Of a DNA stretch of 64,000 nt, positions 47,706 through 57,817 are shown one piece after another (the first letter of the stretch is position 1; each line of letters begins with the position of its first letter). The position numbers were made by a program, and so were the translations under genes. The notes beneath the pieces were generated by a model. The model did not search any database. It was not told where the DNA came from and saw only the letters and a list, made by a program, of their open reading frames with translations. This DNA comes from Paracoccaceae bacterium (GTDB lineage Bacteria; Pseudomonadota; Alphaproteobacteria; Rhodobacterales; Rhodobacteraceae): the NCBI GenBank assembly GCA_021296235.1, contig JAGWAS010000004.1, positions 91,534 through 155,533 on the forward strand, given 5' to 3'.

Positions 47706-48692
47706 TTACAACCCTTTTGCTGCCAGTTCGTCAACGGTGTCGGCGTTGATCTCAAGCAGGTTGTCCGTGATTATGTCGCGATTGGCGGCATCGGGACTGA
47801 CCACACCCAATCCTTCGATCTCCATGCCGTCAACAATGTCGACACCATCCACCAGAAGCTTGCCCATTGTAACGAAAACACGGCCAGCCTCGGCGGGATT
47901 CCACATGTAGCCACCCGACAGGATTCCGGCCTTCACGAGCTTCTGCCCCTGACCGGGCGAAAACGGACCAAGCACATGAACCTTTCCGGCCAGCCTCCGC
48001 TCCTCAATTGCGCGTCCGGCCCCGATCGGACCTTGGCTGCCAAATGCCAGGAAACCCTTCAGGTCCGGATTTGCTGCGATCAGGTCAAGCGCGGTCGTAC
48101 GACTGTCGTCAACATTCTCGGCGACGCCGTAGCGCTCTCCAACCAGTTCGATTTCGGGATGGTTTTCCGCCATCCACGCGATTGCAGCATCGGCCCAGGC
48201 GTTGTGCAGCGGAACGGTGAGCGAACCCACGAACACCGCAAACTTTCCGGGCCCGCCGATTTTTTCCGCGAGCAGCTGGGCATGCGCTTCGCCAAATCCG
48301 TCGACCGACGCCAGTTCGAAGTTCCAGTCAACATTTTGCAGTCCCGGGCCCTCATGGGCGACAACCTTGATTCCCGCATCCATCGCCTTCTTAAGAACCG
48401 GTTCAAGCGCAGTTTCGTCATTTGGCACAACTCCGATCACATCAACACCCTTGGCAATCAGATCCTCAATGGCCCGAACCTGCAGAGCCGGGTCGGCGGA
48501 GGTTGGGCCTATCATCTCGGCATCCATGCCAATCTCGGCCGCCCTTTCCTCAATTCCCACTTCCATCGCGTTGAACCAGGGGATGCCTCCAATCTTAACA
48601 ACAACACCCATGGTTGAATTCTGGGCTCCAGCAGCGCTGGCCAACCCCGTCGCAATGGCGGCCAAAGTTACCCACTTCAACATTCGTTCCAT
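47706..48692 (-). CDS. periplasmic monosaccharide-binding protein (RbsB/LsrB-like)
   Basis: Signal peptide MERMLKWVTLAAIATGLASAAGA. GVVVKIGGIPWFNAMEVG..., type-I PBP fold. It is the first gene of the operon. Confidence 0.85.
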   Translation of the reverse strand: MERMLKWVTLAAIATGLASAAGAQNSTMGVVVKIGGIPWFNAMEVGIEERAAEIGMDAEMIGPTSADPALQVRAIEDLIAKGVDVIGVVPNDETALEPVLKKAMDAGIKVVAHEGPGLQNVDWNFELASVDGFGEAHAQLLAEKIGGPGKFAVFVGSLTVPLHNAWADAAIAWMAENHPEIELVGERYGVAENVDDSRTTALDLIAANPDLKGFLAFGSQGPIGAGRAIEERRLAGKVHVLGPFSPGQGQKLVKAGILSGGYMWNPAEAGRVFVTMGKLLVDGVDIVDGMEIEGLGVVSPDAANRDIITDNLLEINADTVDELAAKGL

Positions 48693-49249
48693 TCGATTTC
48701 CTCCTTATGAATGATCAAAACGCCTGATACCGCGAGAGATCACCTGCCACTCCCGGCGTAACCTCCGAGATACTTCAAGACGCAATTGACCCGAAGTCTA
48801 TGCTGATGCAGAACATTGTCAATCCTCGCGAAACAGCATGCATTGGCATCATCTGCACGCCCGATCGACCATGCCGGCCAAAATGCAGCCCGTGAATCCA
48901 TATGGAATTGCTTAATCCGAAACTGGCATCGGAGAATTCCGGTTCCTATTCGGCATGCAACGAGTTGTTCTGTTCAGAAAACACCCGCCGGCTCAGATCG
49001 GCATCCCGGTCGCACCCGACATGGCTTAATTTGCAACCCGTGGGACCCACATGAGTTTTCGGGGCACAACCTGATCCAAGAACCATGGATGCCGCCGATT
49101 TGCATCTGCATGGAAGCGGGTTTTGAACTGAACGCAATTGGTTCCAATCTCGTCGGAGATATATTTTGCGACCGTTTGGAATGGATGGAAGCGGACTTTG
49201 GATTCAGATAAGGACCAGTCGGCGAAAGTGCTTTGGCAGCGGGGTTGGA

Positions 49250-50317
49250 ATGAACGGCAAGATACCTGCAACAGTCGTAACCGGGTTTCTCGGAGCAGGC
49301 AAAACGACACTGATTCGCCACCTGCTGGAACGTTCGGCCGGAAAACGGATTGCACTGATCATCAACGAATTCGGTGATCTTGGCGTTGATGGCGAAATTC
49401 TCAGGGGATGCGGCATTGAGGGTTGCGACGAGGACAGCATTGTAGAACTCTCAAATGGCTGCATCTGCTGCACCGTTGCCGAGGAATTTGCTCCGACAAT
49501 AAAGTCACTCGTTTCCATGGAGCGGCCACCAGACCACATCGTAATCGAAACATCCGGTTTGGCTCTTCCCCAACCGCTCGTCCGGGCTTTCAATTGGCCT
49601 GAACTCCGGAATCGCCTGACCGTGGACGGAGTTGTGGCACTGCTGGATGGACCGGCAATCGAAGCCGGTCAGTTCGCGCATGATCTTGGCGCAATCGACC
49701 GCCAGCGCCGCGAAGACGATAGTCTCGATCACGAAACTCCGCTGGCCGAACTGTTCGAGGATCAACTGGCATGTGCCGACCTGGTCGTGATCAACAAGGC
49801 CGATCTCTTGACCGACGATGGCCTTGATCGGGTAAAGTCCACGGTGAAAATGCAACTGAGGCCGGGAGTCGCTACGGTTGCTGCCGAGATGGGAGCCGTC
49901 GATCCGCTTGCGGTGTTGGGAATTGATGCCAATGCCGAAAGCGATGCCGAAGCCCGGGCCGAACTCCATCACCATCACAGCCTGGAGGAAGAAGAAGGCC
50001 CAGAGGACGACCACAACCATGACGAATTTGACTCGGTTGTCATTGATTTGCCCGAAATTGCCCGCCCGGACACATTTCTTGACGGGGTTAGCCAGGTTAT
50101 GCGCCTGCATGGACTGTTGCGGATCAAGGGTTTCGCCGCAGTTGAAGGCAAGCCGATGAGGCTGATTGTCCAAGCGGTCGGACCGCGAGTGGGATCCCAC
50201 TACGACAGAAGTTTCGGAGCCGGCGAGGCTCGCTGCACCAAACTGGTGGCGATCGCCGAAACGGGCGCCGATTGGCGGGAGGTCAAGCGCGCCCTTCGGC
50301 AGGCGGTCGCAGCCTAG
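49250..50317 (+). CDS. cobW: cobalamin biosynthesis GTPase/metallochaperone CobW
   Basis: ATG at 49250 gives MNGKIPATVVTGFLGAGKTTLIRHLL (P-loop). Also present are the GCICCTV metal motif, a His/acidic stretch ELHHHHSLEEEEGPEDDHNHDE and a CobW C-terminal domain. It abuts cobN. Confidence 0.9.
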   Translation: MNGKIPATVVTGFLGAGKTTLIRHLLERSAGKRIALIINEFGDLGVDGEILRGCGIEGCDEDSIVELSNGCICCTVAEEFAPTIKSLVSMERPPDHIVIETSGLALPQPLVRAFNWPELRNRLTVDGVVALLDGPAIEAGQFAHDLGAIDRQRREDDSLDHETPLAELFEDQLACADLVVINKADLLTDDGLDRVKSTVKMQLRPGVATVAAEMGAVDPLAVLGIDANAESDAEARAELHHHHSLEEEEGPEDDHNHDEFDSVVIDLPEIARPDTFLDGVSQVMRLHGLLRIKGFAAVEGKPMRLIVQAVGPRVGSHYDRSFGAGEARCTKLVAIAETGADWREVKRALRQAVAA

Positions 50318-53300
50318 ATGCATCTCCTCGCAGCCCTGCCGGGACATGTCTCGGACGGAGCCGAACCGGTTGATCCGAACCAATCACCCGCCGACCTGAT
50401 TTTCCTGTCCGCCGCAGACACCGAGCTTGCCGCGGTGGCGTCCGCAAATGCGGCAGCGGGCAGCGATCCGAACTTCCTGCGGCTTGCCCAGCTCTCCTGG
50501 CTGTCACACCCCTACTCCGTCGACCTCTACATCGACAAAACCGCGTCCCGCGCCAAACTCGTCGTCATTCGTGCCCTCGGCGGCTTCCCGTACTGGCAAT
50601 ACTGCCTGGAGCAGTTTTCGGCTCGATTGCGCGAGGCCGGTTGCCTGTTGGCAGCGCTCCCCGGCGACGATAACCCCGATGAGGAACTGTTCGCCTTCTC
50701 GTCCATTGGCCGTGAGGATTGGAGCCTACTTCATCAATACTGTGTTGAAGGAGGTCCGACCAATGCCTCCAGGTTCCTGCAGTTTTGCCGGCACCTCACA
50801 CATGGCGCTTCAAGGCCGCTGCCGCCATCGCCGCTGCTGAAGGCAGGACTCTACATCCCGACACATGCAGAAGCTGATCTGCCAACGCTTCGAAGCTTGT
50901 GGAGCGAAGGGGGAAAGACAGCAGCAATCGTGCTCTATCGGGCTTGGCTGCAGGGTGGCAACACCGAACCGGTCGACAGTTTGATCCGTGCGCTGCGAAA
51001 CCGCGGCATGAATCCGCTTCCCATATTCGTGTCGTCGCTCAAGGATCCGGTTTCAGAGGCAACAGTTGGCCGAATATTCGACGATGCCCCTCCAGACATT
51101 GTCCTCAATCTCACCAGTTTTGCGGTGGGAAATCCTGCTGGATCGGGAAGCGGGCGCAGGCCAACCGTTCTTGACCGCCCATGCAAGCCGGTTCTCCAGG
51201 TGATGCTGGCATCCTGCGACGAAGAAACTTGGCTTGAGGGCGACAATGGCGTGCCGGCCCGCGACATTGCAATGAATGTTGCCCTGCCGGAAGTGGACGG
51301 GCGGCTGACCACGAGAGCCGTGGCTTTCAAGTCGCAATCCACCATGGATGAGCTGACGAAATGCCCAATTGCGGTTCATCGGGCTCGACCGGACCGGATC
51401 AATTTTGTCGCCGACCTTGCCGCAAGCTGGGTTCACCTCGCCGACACGCCCGCCGATTGCCGAAGGATCGCAATCATCCTTGCCAACTATCCCAACAGGG
51501 ACGGAAGGCTTGCAAATGGCGTCGGCCTTGACACCCCTGCCTCAACAATCCGGGTACTGACCGAACTGAAGAGGTTGGGCTACCGGATCGAAGGTGCGCC
51601 CACCTCCAACAAAGACCTCATGGAACTAATTCTTGCAGGACCCACGAACCGGACGTTTTCGTCCGGGGAAACAAGAGACGGCAATCAGCTTGAGCTGTCC
51701 GACTATCTGGAGGCATGGAAGCGGCTCCCCGGTGGGGTTCGATCCGCAGTTCAGAACCGCTGGGGCAACCCGCAGGACGATCCGGCGTTCTCCGGCGGCG
51801 GGTTTACCATTGCCTCCCATGTGTTCGGCAATATTGCAATCTCGATCCAGCCGGCCCGGGGCTACAACATTGATCCCGTTGACACCTACCATTCTCCGGA
51901 TCTTGTTCCGCCACACAACTATTTCGCTTTCTACTTCTGGTTGCGGAACCAGTTTGGCGCACATGCCGTTGTGCATATGGGCAAGCACGGAAATCTCGAA
52001 TGGCTTCCCGGAAAGGCGGTTGCTCTGTCCGAAGAATGCCTGCCTGAAGCTTATCCCTTCATTGTCAATGATCCGGGCGAAGGCACACAGGCCAAACGCC
52101 GGTCTCAAGCCGTGATCATCGACCATCTCACGCCACCGCTGACCAGGGCGGAAGCCCATGGCCTCCATGCCGAACTGGAAAATCTTCTTGACGAGTATCA
52201 CGAGGCTGCCGGCGTCGATCCGCGCCGGATCAGGAGCCTCCGCTCCCGGATACTTGAAACCATGGAAACGTCATGGATCAACATTGACGCAGGCATCGGC
52301 GAGACGGACGATGCCGACAGCAGATTGAGGAAGTTGGACGCCTATCTTTGCGATCTGAAGGAGGCACAGATCAGGGACGGGTTGCATGTGTTCGGCGAAG
52401 CCCCGACGGGAAGGTTGCTGCGCGACCTTGCATTGGCACTGGTTCGCTGCCCGCGCGGCAATGGGCTGCATCGCGACGCATCGTTGGTTCGGGCGATGGC
52501 TGCCGACCTGCATCTTGATGAAGAGTTCGATCCTCTCGACTGCGACATGTCCGAACCGTGGGACGGCAACAGGCCGGAATCTCTGTCCGGCCTGTCGGGG
52601 GATGCATGGCGCACTGCCGGCGACACAGTCGAAAGGTTGGAGCTTCTTGCCAATGACCTCGCCGATGGGTTGACTGATGCGCCCGGCCCGGCCTCCACCG
52701 CCGTTCTTGAAGAGTTTCGGCAAACGATCGTTCCTGCGATCAAGGCATGCGGCAGTGCCGAATCCAAGGCGCTCGTGAACGCGCTTGGCGGCGAATTCGT
52801 CGAACCTGGGCCGTCCGGCGCACCCACTAGGGGCAAACCGGACGTCCTGCCAACCGGACGAAATTTCTATTCCGTTGACAGCAGAGCCCTGCCGACAAGA
52901 ACCGCATGGGATCTTGGATGGAAATCGGCATCGTTGATTGTCGAGCGGCATGTACAGGAACAAGGTGACTGGCCGCGCCGGATTGCCGTTACGGCCTGGG
53001 GCACCTCAAACATGCGCACCGGCGGAGATGATATCGCCCAAGTTCTGGCACTGATGGGCGTACGCCCGACCTGGGATGCCGGCAGTGGAAGGGTAACCGG
53101 CTTCGAGATCATCCCTGCCTCCGCATTGGGAAGGCCGCGGATCGACGTTACCCTGCGGGTGTCGGGATTCTTCCGTGATGCATTTCCGATGCAGATGGAC
53201 ATTGTCGCGAGTGCAGCCAGAGCGGTCATGGAACTTGATGAACCGGAAGAAGACAATCCAGCAGCAGCGACGTTCCGGGCTGAAGCCGGATCGGTTGGCG

Positions 53301-54019
53301 CAGAGCGCGCCGCCTTTAGGGTTTTCGGATCCAAACCAGGTTCCTACGGGGCCGGACTGCAGGCACTGATCGACGAAAGAATTTGGCAGGAACGGGATGA
53401 ACTTGGCGACGCCTATATTGAATGGGGCGGGTATGCATACGGCGCCGGAGCGGAAGGCGCGGCGGCGCGAGAAGATTTTTCGGAGCGGCTGCGGCGGATT
53501 GAAGCGGTTGTTCAGAATCAGGACAACCGGGAACACGACATTCTCGACAGTGATGACTATTATCAATTCGAGGGCGGGATCTCGGCCGCGGTCGGAATGC
53601 TGAAGGGTGCCCGGCCAGTTGCCTATCACAACGACCATTCCAGACCCGAACGGCCGCGCATCCGAACGCTTGAGGAGGAGATTGGCCGGGTCGTTCGCTC
53701 GCGCGCCATCAATCCGAAGTGGATCAACGGGGTTATGCGCCACGGCTACAAGGGGGCGTTCGAAATTGCGGCAACGGTTGACTACCTGTTTGCCTTTGCC
53801 GCCACCACAGGAGCGGCAAAGTCGCATCATTTCGATCTCGTTTATGGCGCATACATCGACGACGATGCCACGAGGGACTTCATTGCCGAGAACAATCCGC
53901 CGGCACTGAAGGAGATTGCGGACCGTTTGCTGGAGGCAATTGAGCGAAATCTCTGGCAACCTCGCCTCAATTCGGCACGCGGAGTGCTTCAGAACCTGAT
54001 AGATGAACCAAATTGGTAG
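50318..54019 (+). CDS. cobN: cobaltochelatase large subunit
   Basis: 1233-aa ORF starting on the base after the cobW stop, with CobN/Mg-chelatase H family features throughout (e.g. YHSPDLVPPHNYFAFYFWLR, GKHGNLEWLPGK, GKPDVLPTGRNFYSVD). Confidence 0.9.
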   Translation: MHLLAALPGHVSDGAEPVDPNQSPADLIFLSAADTELAAVASANAAAGSDPNFLRLAQLSWLSHPYSVDLYIDKTASRAKLVVIRALGGFPYWQYCLEQFSARLREAGCLLAALPGDDNPDEELFAFSSIGREDWSLLHQYCVEGGPTNASRFLQFCRHLTHGASRPLPPSPLLKAGLYIPTHAEADLPTLRSLWSEGGKTAAIVLYRAWLQGGNTEPVDSLIRALRNRGMNPLPIFVSSLKDPVSEATVGRIFDDAPPDIVLNLTSFAVGNPAGSGSGRRPTVLDRPCKPVLQVMLASCDEETWLEGDNGVPARDIAMNVALPEVDGRLTTRAVAFKSQSTMDELTKCPIAVHRARPDRINFVADLAASWVHLADTPADCRRIAIILANYPNRDGRLANGVGLDTPASTIRVLTELKRLGYRIEGAPTSNKDLMELILAGPTNRTFSSGETRDGNQLELSDYLEAWKRLPGGVRSAVQNRWGNPQDDPAFSGGGFTIASHVFGNIAISIQPARGYNIDPVDTYHSPDLVPPHNYFAFYFWLRNQFGAHAVVHMGKHGNLEWLPGKAVALSEECLPEAYPFIVNDPGEGTQAKRRSQAVIIDHLTPPLTRAEAHGLHAELENLLDEYHEAAGVDPRRIRSLRSRILETMETSWINIDAGIGETDDADSRLRKLDAYLCDLKEAQIRDGLHVFGEAPTGRLLRDLALALVRCPRGNGLHRDASLVRAMAADLHLDEEFDPLDCDMSEPWDGNRPESLSGLSGDAWRTAGDTVERLELLANDLADGLTDAPGPASTAVLEEFRQTIVPAIKACGSAESKALVNALGGEFVEPGPSGAPTRGKPDVLPTGRNFYSVDSRALPTRTAWDLGWKSASLIVERHVQEQGDWPRRIAVTAWGTSNMRTGGDDIAQVLALMGVRPTWDAGSGRVTGFEIIPASALGRPRIDVTLRVSGFFRDAFPMQMDIVASAARAVMELDEPEEDNPAAATFRAEAGSVGAERAAFRVFGSKPGSYGAGLQALIDERIWQERDELGDAYIEWGGYAYGAGAEGAAAREDFSERLRRIEAVVQNQDNREHDILDSDDYYQFEGGISAAVGMLKGARPVAYHNDHSRPERPRIRTLEEEIGRVVRSRAINPKWINGVMRHGYKGAFEIAATVDYLFAFAATTGAAKSHHFDLVYGAYIDDDATRDFIAENNPPALKEIADRLLEAIERNLWQPRLNSARGVLQNLIDEPNW

Positions 54020-54034
54020 CAATGGGAGGTTGGA

Positions 54035-54643
54035 ATGAACGACGACCATGACCGGCACAGATCCAAAATGATCAAGAAGAAGGCCGTTCGTGACCGAATT
54101 ATGTCCACAAAGACAATGACAAAGGGGTTGGTCATTGTGCACACGGGCAAAGGCAAGGGAAAATCCTCGGCTGCGTTCGGAATGGTGTTCCGTTGCATCG
54201 CTCACGGCATGCCCTGTGCCGTGGTTCAGTTCATTAAGGGTGGGATGGACACCGGCGAACGGAATCTCATCAAAGACCGGTTTTCCGACCTCTGCCGGTT
54301 TCACACCATGGGAGAGGGATTCACTTGGGAAACCCAGGACCGCGAACGGGACGTGGAACTGGCGGGGGCAGCTTGGGAGAAGGCCAAGGAACTAATTTTG
54401 GACGATTCCCTGAGACTGGTTCTTCTGGATGAAATCAATATCGCCATTCGCTACGGGTATCTCGACATAGACGAGATCTGCAGGTTCCTTGAAGAGAGCA
54501 AACCCAATGACACCCATGTGATCCTGACGGGCCGCAACGCGCATGCAAACCTCGTCGAAGTCGCAGACCTCGTTACGGACATGACGCAGGTCAAGCACCC
54601 GTTCAGGTCGGGCATCAAGGCACAGCCCGGGATCGAATTCTGA
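54035..54643 (+). CDS. cobO: cob(I)yrinic acid a,c-diamide adenosyltransferase
   Basis: RBS GGGAGG. KGLVIVHTGKGKGKSSAAFG (P-loop-like), VVQFIKG, LLDEINIA and DLVTDMTQVKHPF are CobO/BtuR motifs. Confidence 0.9.
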   Translation: MNDDHDRHRSKMIKKKAVRDRIMSTKTMTKGLVIVHTGKGKGKSSAAFGMVFRCIAHGMPCAVVQFIKGGMDTGERNLIKDRFSDLCRFHTMGEGFTWETQDRERDVELAGAAWEKAKELILDDSLRLVLLDEINIAIRYGYLDIDEICRFLEESKPNDTHVILTGRNAHANLVEVADLVTDMTQVKHPFRSGIKAQPGIEF

Positions 54644-54882
54644 TTGCAGGATTGCTGGGGCCTGTTGACAATCATGTTGCCGCCAACGTTCCGTTCAGGC
54701 GGCCATCGGGCCGTTCTTCATGGCGATGCCACAAGCCAGCGGTGCCGGCAACGGCCAGCGGTCTGGAATTCTTGCTCGGCAACCTGATGGCCTCACCCTT
54801 GCCATTGCCGTAAGAAAGCTCGAACGCCGAAACGTCTTTCAGTGTATCGGCCGGAACCCCAACCGGACAAGGATTAGGTGGC

Positions 54883-56346
54883 ATGGCAAAGGCGTTGATG
54901 ATCCAAGGCACCGGATCCAATGTCGGCAAGTCCGTGCTGGTTGCGGGGCTGTGCCGGGCCCTCACCCAGCTCGGCCACCGCGTAAGGCCGTTCAAACCCC
55001 AGAACATGTCAAACAACGCCGCGGCCATTCCCGGCGGCGAACTCAGCCGTGCCCAGGCACTTCAGGCCCGAGCCTGCCGAACCGACCCCACCGTGGACAT
55101 GAATCCGATTTTGCTGAAACCGGAAGGTGAATCCGGTGCACAGGTCATCGTGCTGGGCAGGAAATACGCCACTCTTTCGGCCAAGGAATATTTCGCACAC
55201 AAGCCGGAATTGTTGAAATCAGTGATCGCGAGCTATCATCGTGTGGCGAAGGACGCAGACATCGTCATTGTGGAGGGAGCAGGAAGTCCGGCGGAGATAA
55301 ACCTCAGGGACGGTGACATCGCCAACATGGGATTTGCAACGGAGGTGTCAATTCCGGTTGTGCTTGTCGCCGACATCGAACGCGGCGGAACGATTGCGCA
55401 ACTGGTCGGCACCAAGGAAGTCATTGGCGAATTTGACTCTGCGCTGATCCGGGGGTTTGCGGTCAACAAGTTCCGGGGCGACCCGGACCTGTTCACTGAA
55501 GGTGTCAAGTTCATTGAGGAAAAGACCGGTTGGAAGAGTCTCGGCGTCGTTCCTTGGTTTGACAAAGCTCGCATGCTGCCTGCCGAGGACGCACAGGATC
55601 TTGCCAACATCAAACCTTTGGGCGGACCAACGAAAATCGTCTGCCTCAAGTTGCCCAGAATCGCGAATTTCGACGATCTGGATCCCCTTAGGATGGAGCC
55701 GGATCTTTCAGTCAGCCTGCTGGAGCGGGGTTGTTCGCTGCCCGGGGACGTCGACCTTGTCATCATTCCCGGAACAAAGGCAACGATGCATGATCTCGAA
55801 TTCCTGCGCAATCAGGGATGGGATGTTGACCTCCACGCACATGTCCGACGAGGTGGAGCGGTACTTGGAATCTGTGGCGGCTACCAAATGCTCGGCCGCT
55901 TTGTCAGCGATCCGCTCGGTGTTGAGGGCACCCCCGGACAAATCGAGGGGCTCGGCTTGCTCGACGCGAAAACCGTCATGACGAAGGAGAAACGGGTAAC
56001 GCCTGTTACGGCGGCGGATGAAAGTGGCAAGTATCCATTCAACGCCTATGAAATACATATGGGCCGAACCTCCGGTCCCGATTTGCAGCGCCCGTTCGCC
56101 CAAGTGAAAACCAACGGTGCGTTCGAACCGGAAGGTGCCGTTTCGGAGAATGGACGGGTGTTCGGAACCTATCTGCACGGCCTATTTGCCGACGATCTGA
56201 CGAGATCGCGTTTTCTGTCGCGTTTGGGAATGGAACCGAGCAGGTTGAACTACGAAGCCTCGGTGGAGACTACCCTTGACGCCCTTGCGAACCACCTCCG
56301 GACCCATCTGGACATCAAGAGGCTTCTTGCTCTCATGGAAGGTTGA
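54883..56346 (+). CDS. cobQ: cobyric acid synthase
   Basis: MAKALMIQGTGSNVGKSVLVAGLCRAL, IVEGAGSPAEINL and a C-terminal GATase domain (GICGGYQMLG ... YLHGLF). Confidence 0.9.
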   Translation: MAKALMIQGTGSNVGKSVLVAGLCRALTQLGHRVRPFKPQNMSNNAAAIPGGELSRAQALQARACRTDPTVDMNPILLKPEGESGAQVIVLGRKYATLSAKEYFAHKPELLKSVIASYHRVAKDADIVIVEGAGSPAEINLRDGDIANMGFATEVSIPVVLVADIERGGTIAQLVGTKEVIGEFDSALIRGFAVNKFRGDPDLFTEGVKFIEEKTGWKSLGVVPWFDKARMLPAEDAQDLANIKPLGGPTKIVCLKLPRIANFDDLDPLRMEPDLSVSLLERGCSLPGDVDLVIIPGTKATMHDLEFLRNQGWDVDLHAHVRRGGAVLGICGGYQMLGRFVSDPLGVEGTPGQIEGLGLLDAKTVMTKEKRVTPVTAADESGKYPFNAYEIHMGRTSGPDLQRPFAQVKTNGAFEPEGAVSENGRVFGTYLHGLFADDLTRSRFLSRLGMEPSRLNYEASVETTLDALANHLRTHLDIKRLLALMEG

Positions 56347-56371
56347 TCAGCTTTTAACGGATCCGGTTGGT

Positions 56372-57592
56372 TCAGGCCACCGCCTTCGCCAGGGCGCATT
56401 GCGACCACAATTCCCGAAGAGCGCCAACCAATCGATCAAGCTCCTGCTCGGTGTGCAGGGGGGAGGGAGTGATCCGCAACCTCTCGGTTCCCTTCGGCAC
56501 CGTCGGGTAGTTGATGGGCTGCACATAAATCGAGTGCTCCTGCATCAGAACATCGCTGATGTACCTGCACTTCACCGGATCATTGATCATCACCGGAACG
56601 ATGTGGCCAGGATTCTGTTTGTGCGGAATTCCGGCCGCATCAAGTTTTGTACGCAGCGATTCAACTTGCTTCCTGTGCCTGACACGCTCCAGATCGCTGG
56701 ACTTAAGGTGCCTTACCGAGGCAAGCGCGCCGGCGGTAACTGCCGGCGGCAGGGCCGTAGTGAAGATGAAGCCGCTGGCGAAGGATCTGACAAAATCACA
56801 AAGCGTTGCGGAGCCGGCAATGTAACCGCCTATGACTCCGTAGGCTTTGCCGAGGGTTCCCTCGATAAGGTCAACCCGGTTCGCGATCCCATCCCGTTCG
56901 GCTATGCCACCACCGCGTGGCCCATACATGCCCACGGCATGCACTTCGTCCAGATACGTCATGGCACCGTGCTTTTCGGCAACATCGCAGATTTCCGCAA
57001 TTGGCGCGATGTCGCCATCCATGGAATAGATGGATTCAAACACCACGATCTTGGAGGCTTCCTCGGGACAATTCGAAAGCAGTCGGTCCAAATCTTCCAC
57101 GTCGTTGTGCTTCCAGATCCGCTTTTGTGCTCTTGAGTGTCGGATGCCTTCAATCATTGACGCATGATTCAACGAGTCGGAAAACATGATTGCATTTGGA
57201 AGACGCGAACCGAGGGTTGAAAGCGCAGCCCAATTTGAAACGTATCCGGAGGTAAAAAGTAGTGCCGAGTCCTTTCCGTGAAGGTCAGCAAGTTCTGCTT
57301 CAAGCAACCTGTGCAGATGAGACGTTCCGGAGATGTTTCGAGTGCCGCCGGCGCCGGCGCCGCACAGGTCGACCGCATCTTTCATGGCCTTGATGACCGC
57401 CGGATGCTGGCCCATTCCCAGATAGTCGTTCGAGCACCACACCGTAACTTCGCTGGATCCGTCTTTGGCATGGCGCCTTGCGCGCGGGAAACTGCCGCAA
57501 TGGCGCTCGATCTCGGCAAAAATGCGGTAGTTGCCTTCCTCCTTAAGCCGAGAAAGCTGATCCCCAAAAATTTCATCAAACCTGCCGGTCAA
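56372..57592 (-). CDS. hemA: 5-aminolevulinate synthase
   Basis: [57 protein letters not shown] and the TLGKA PLP-lysine region. The only in-frame start after the preceding stop is TTG 57592, 11 nt after GGAGG. Confidence 0.9.
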   Translation of the reverse strand: MTGRFDEIFGDQLSRLKEEGNYRIFAEIERHCGSFPRARRHAKDGSSEVTVWCSNDYLGMGQHPAVIKAMKDAVDLCGAGAGGTRNISGTSHLHRLLEAELADLHGKDSALLFTSGYVSNWAALSTLGSRLPNAIMFSDSLNHASMIEGIRHSRAQKRIWKHNDVEDLDRLLSNCPEEASKIVVFESIYSMDGDIAPIAEICDVAEKHGAMTYLDEVHAVGMYGPRGGGIAERDGIANRVDLIEGTLGKAYGVIGGYIAGSATLCDFVRSFASGFIFTTALPPAVTAGALASVRHLKSSDLERVRHRKQVESLRTKLDAAGIPHKQNPGHIVPVMINDPVKCRYISDVLMQEHSIYVQPINYPTVPKGTERLRITPSPLHTEQELDRLVGALRELWSQCALAKAVA

Positions 57593-57817
57593 GGTTCAAT
57601 ATGCCTCCGTGGTCTTTCAAATGGTCAACGCCGTCAACGATTCGGTGACAGCCGAATTTCAATCCCGCAACGGCGCTGTTTAGCAGGATAGTCCATCCTC
57701 TGCATCAGCATATCTTCGCAAATTATCAATTTCCGCGCGCCGCCGCATCCGGCAACCCAGGGGATCCATTTGCCTGAACCTGCAGGTGAGAATACGCAAA
57801 ATCCTCAGTCCGATCGG

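Noticed and set aside
53006-54304. Long ORFs lie antisense to real genes. Examples: 53006-54304(-), 47535-48617(+), 21611-22678(-), 4057-4959(-), 56276-57136(+), 28135-28890(-), 62300-63136(-).
   Set aside because: Each lies opposite a gene with clear family motifs. Their translations are Arg/Pro/Gly-rich and lack any recognisable domain. Open antisense frames are expected at this GC content.
57593-57817. FNR/FixK (TTGAT-N4-ATCAA) or Irr ICE boxes upstream of hemA.
   Set aside because: Only a single ATCAA half-site (around 57727-57733) is present, with no matching left half. No TTTAGAA-type ICE sequence was seen.
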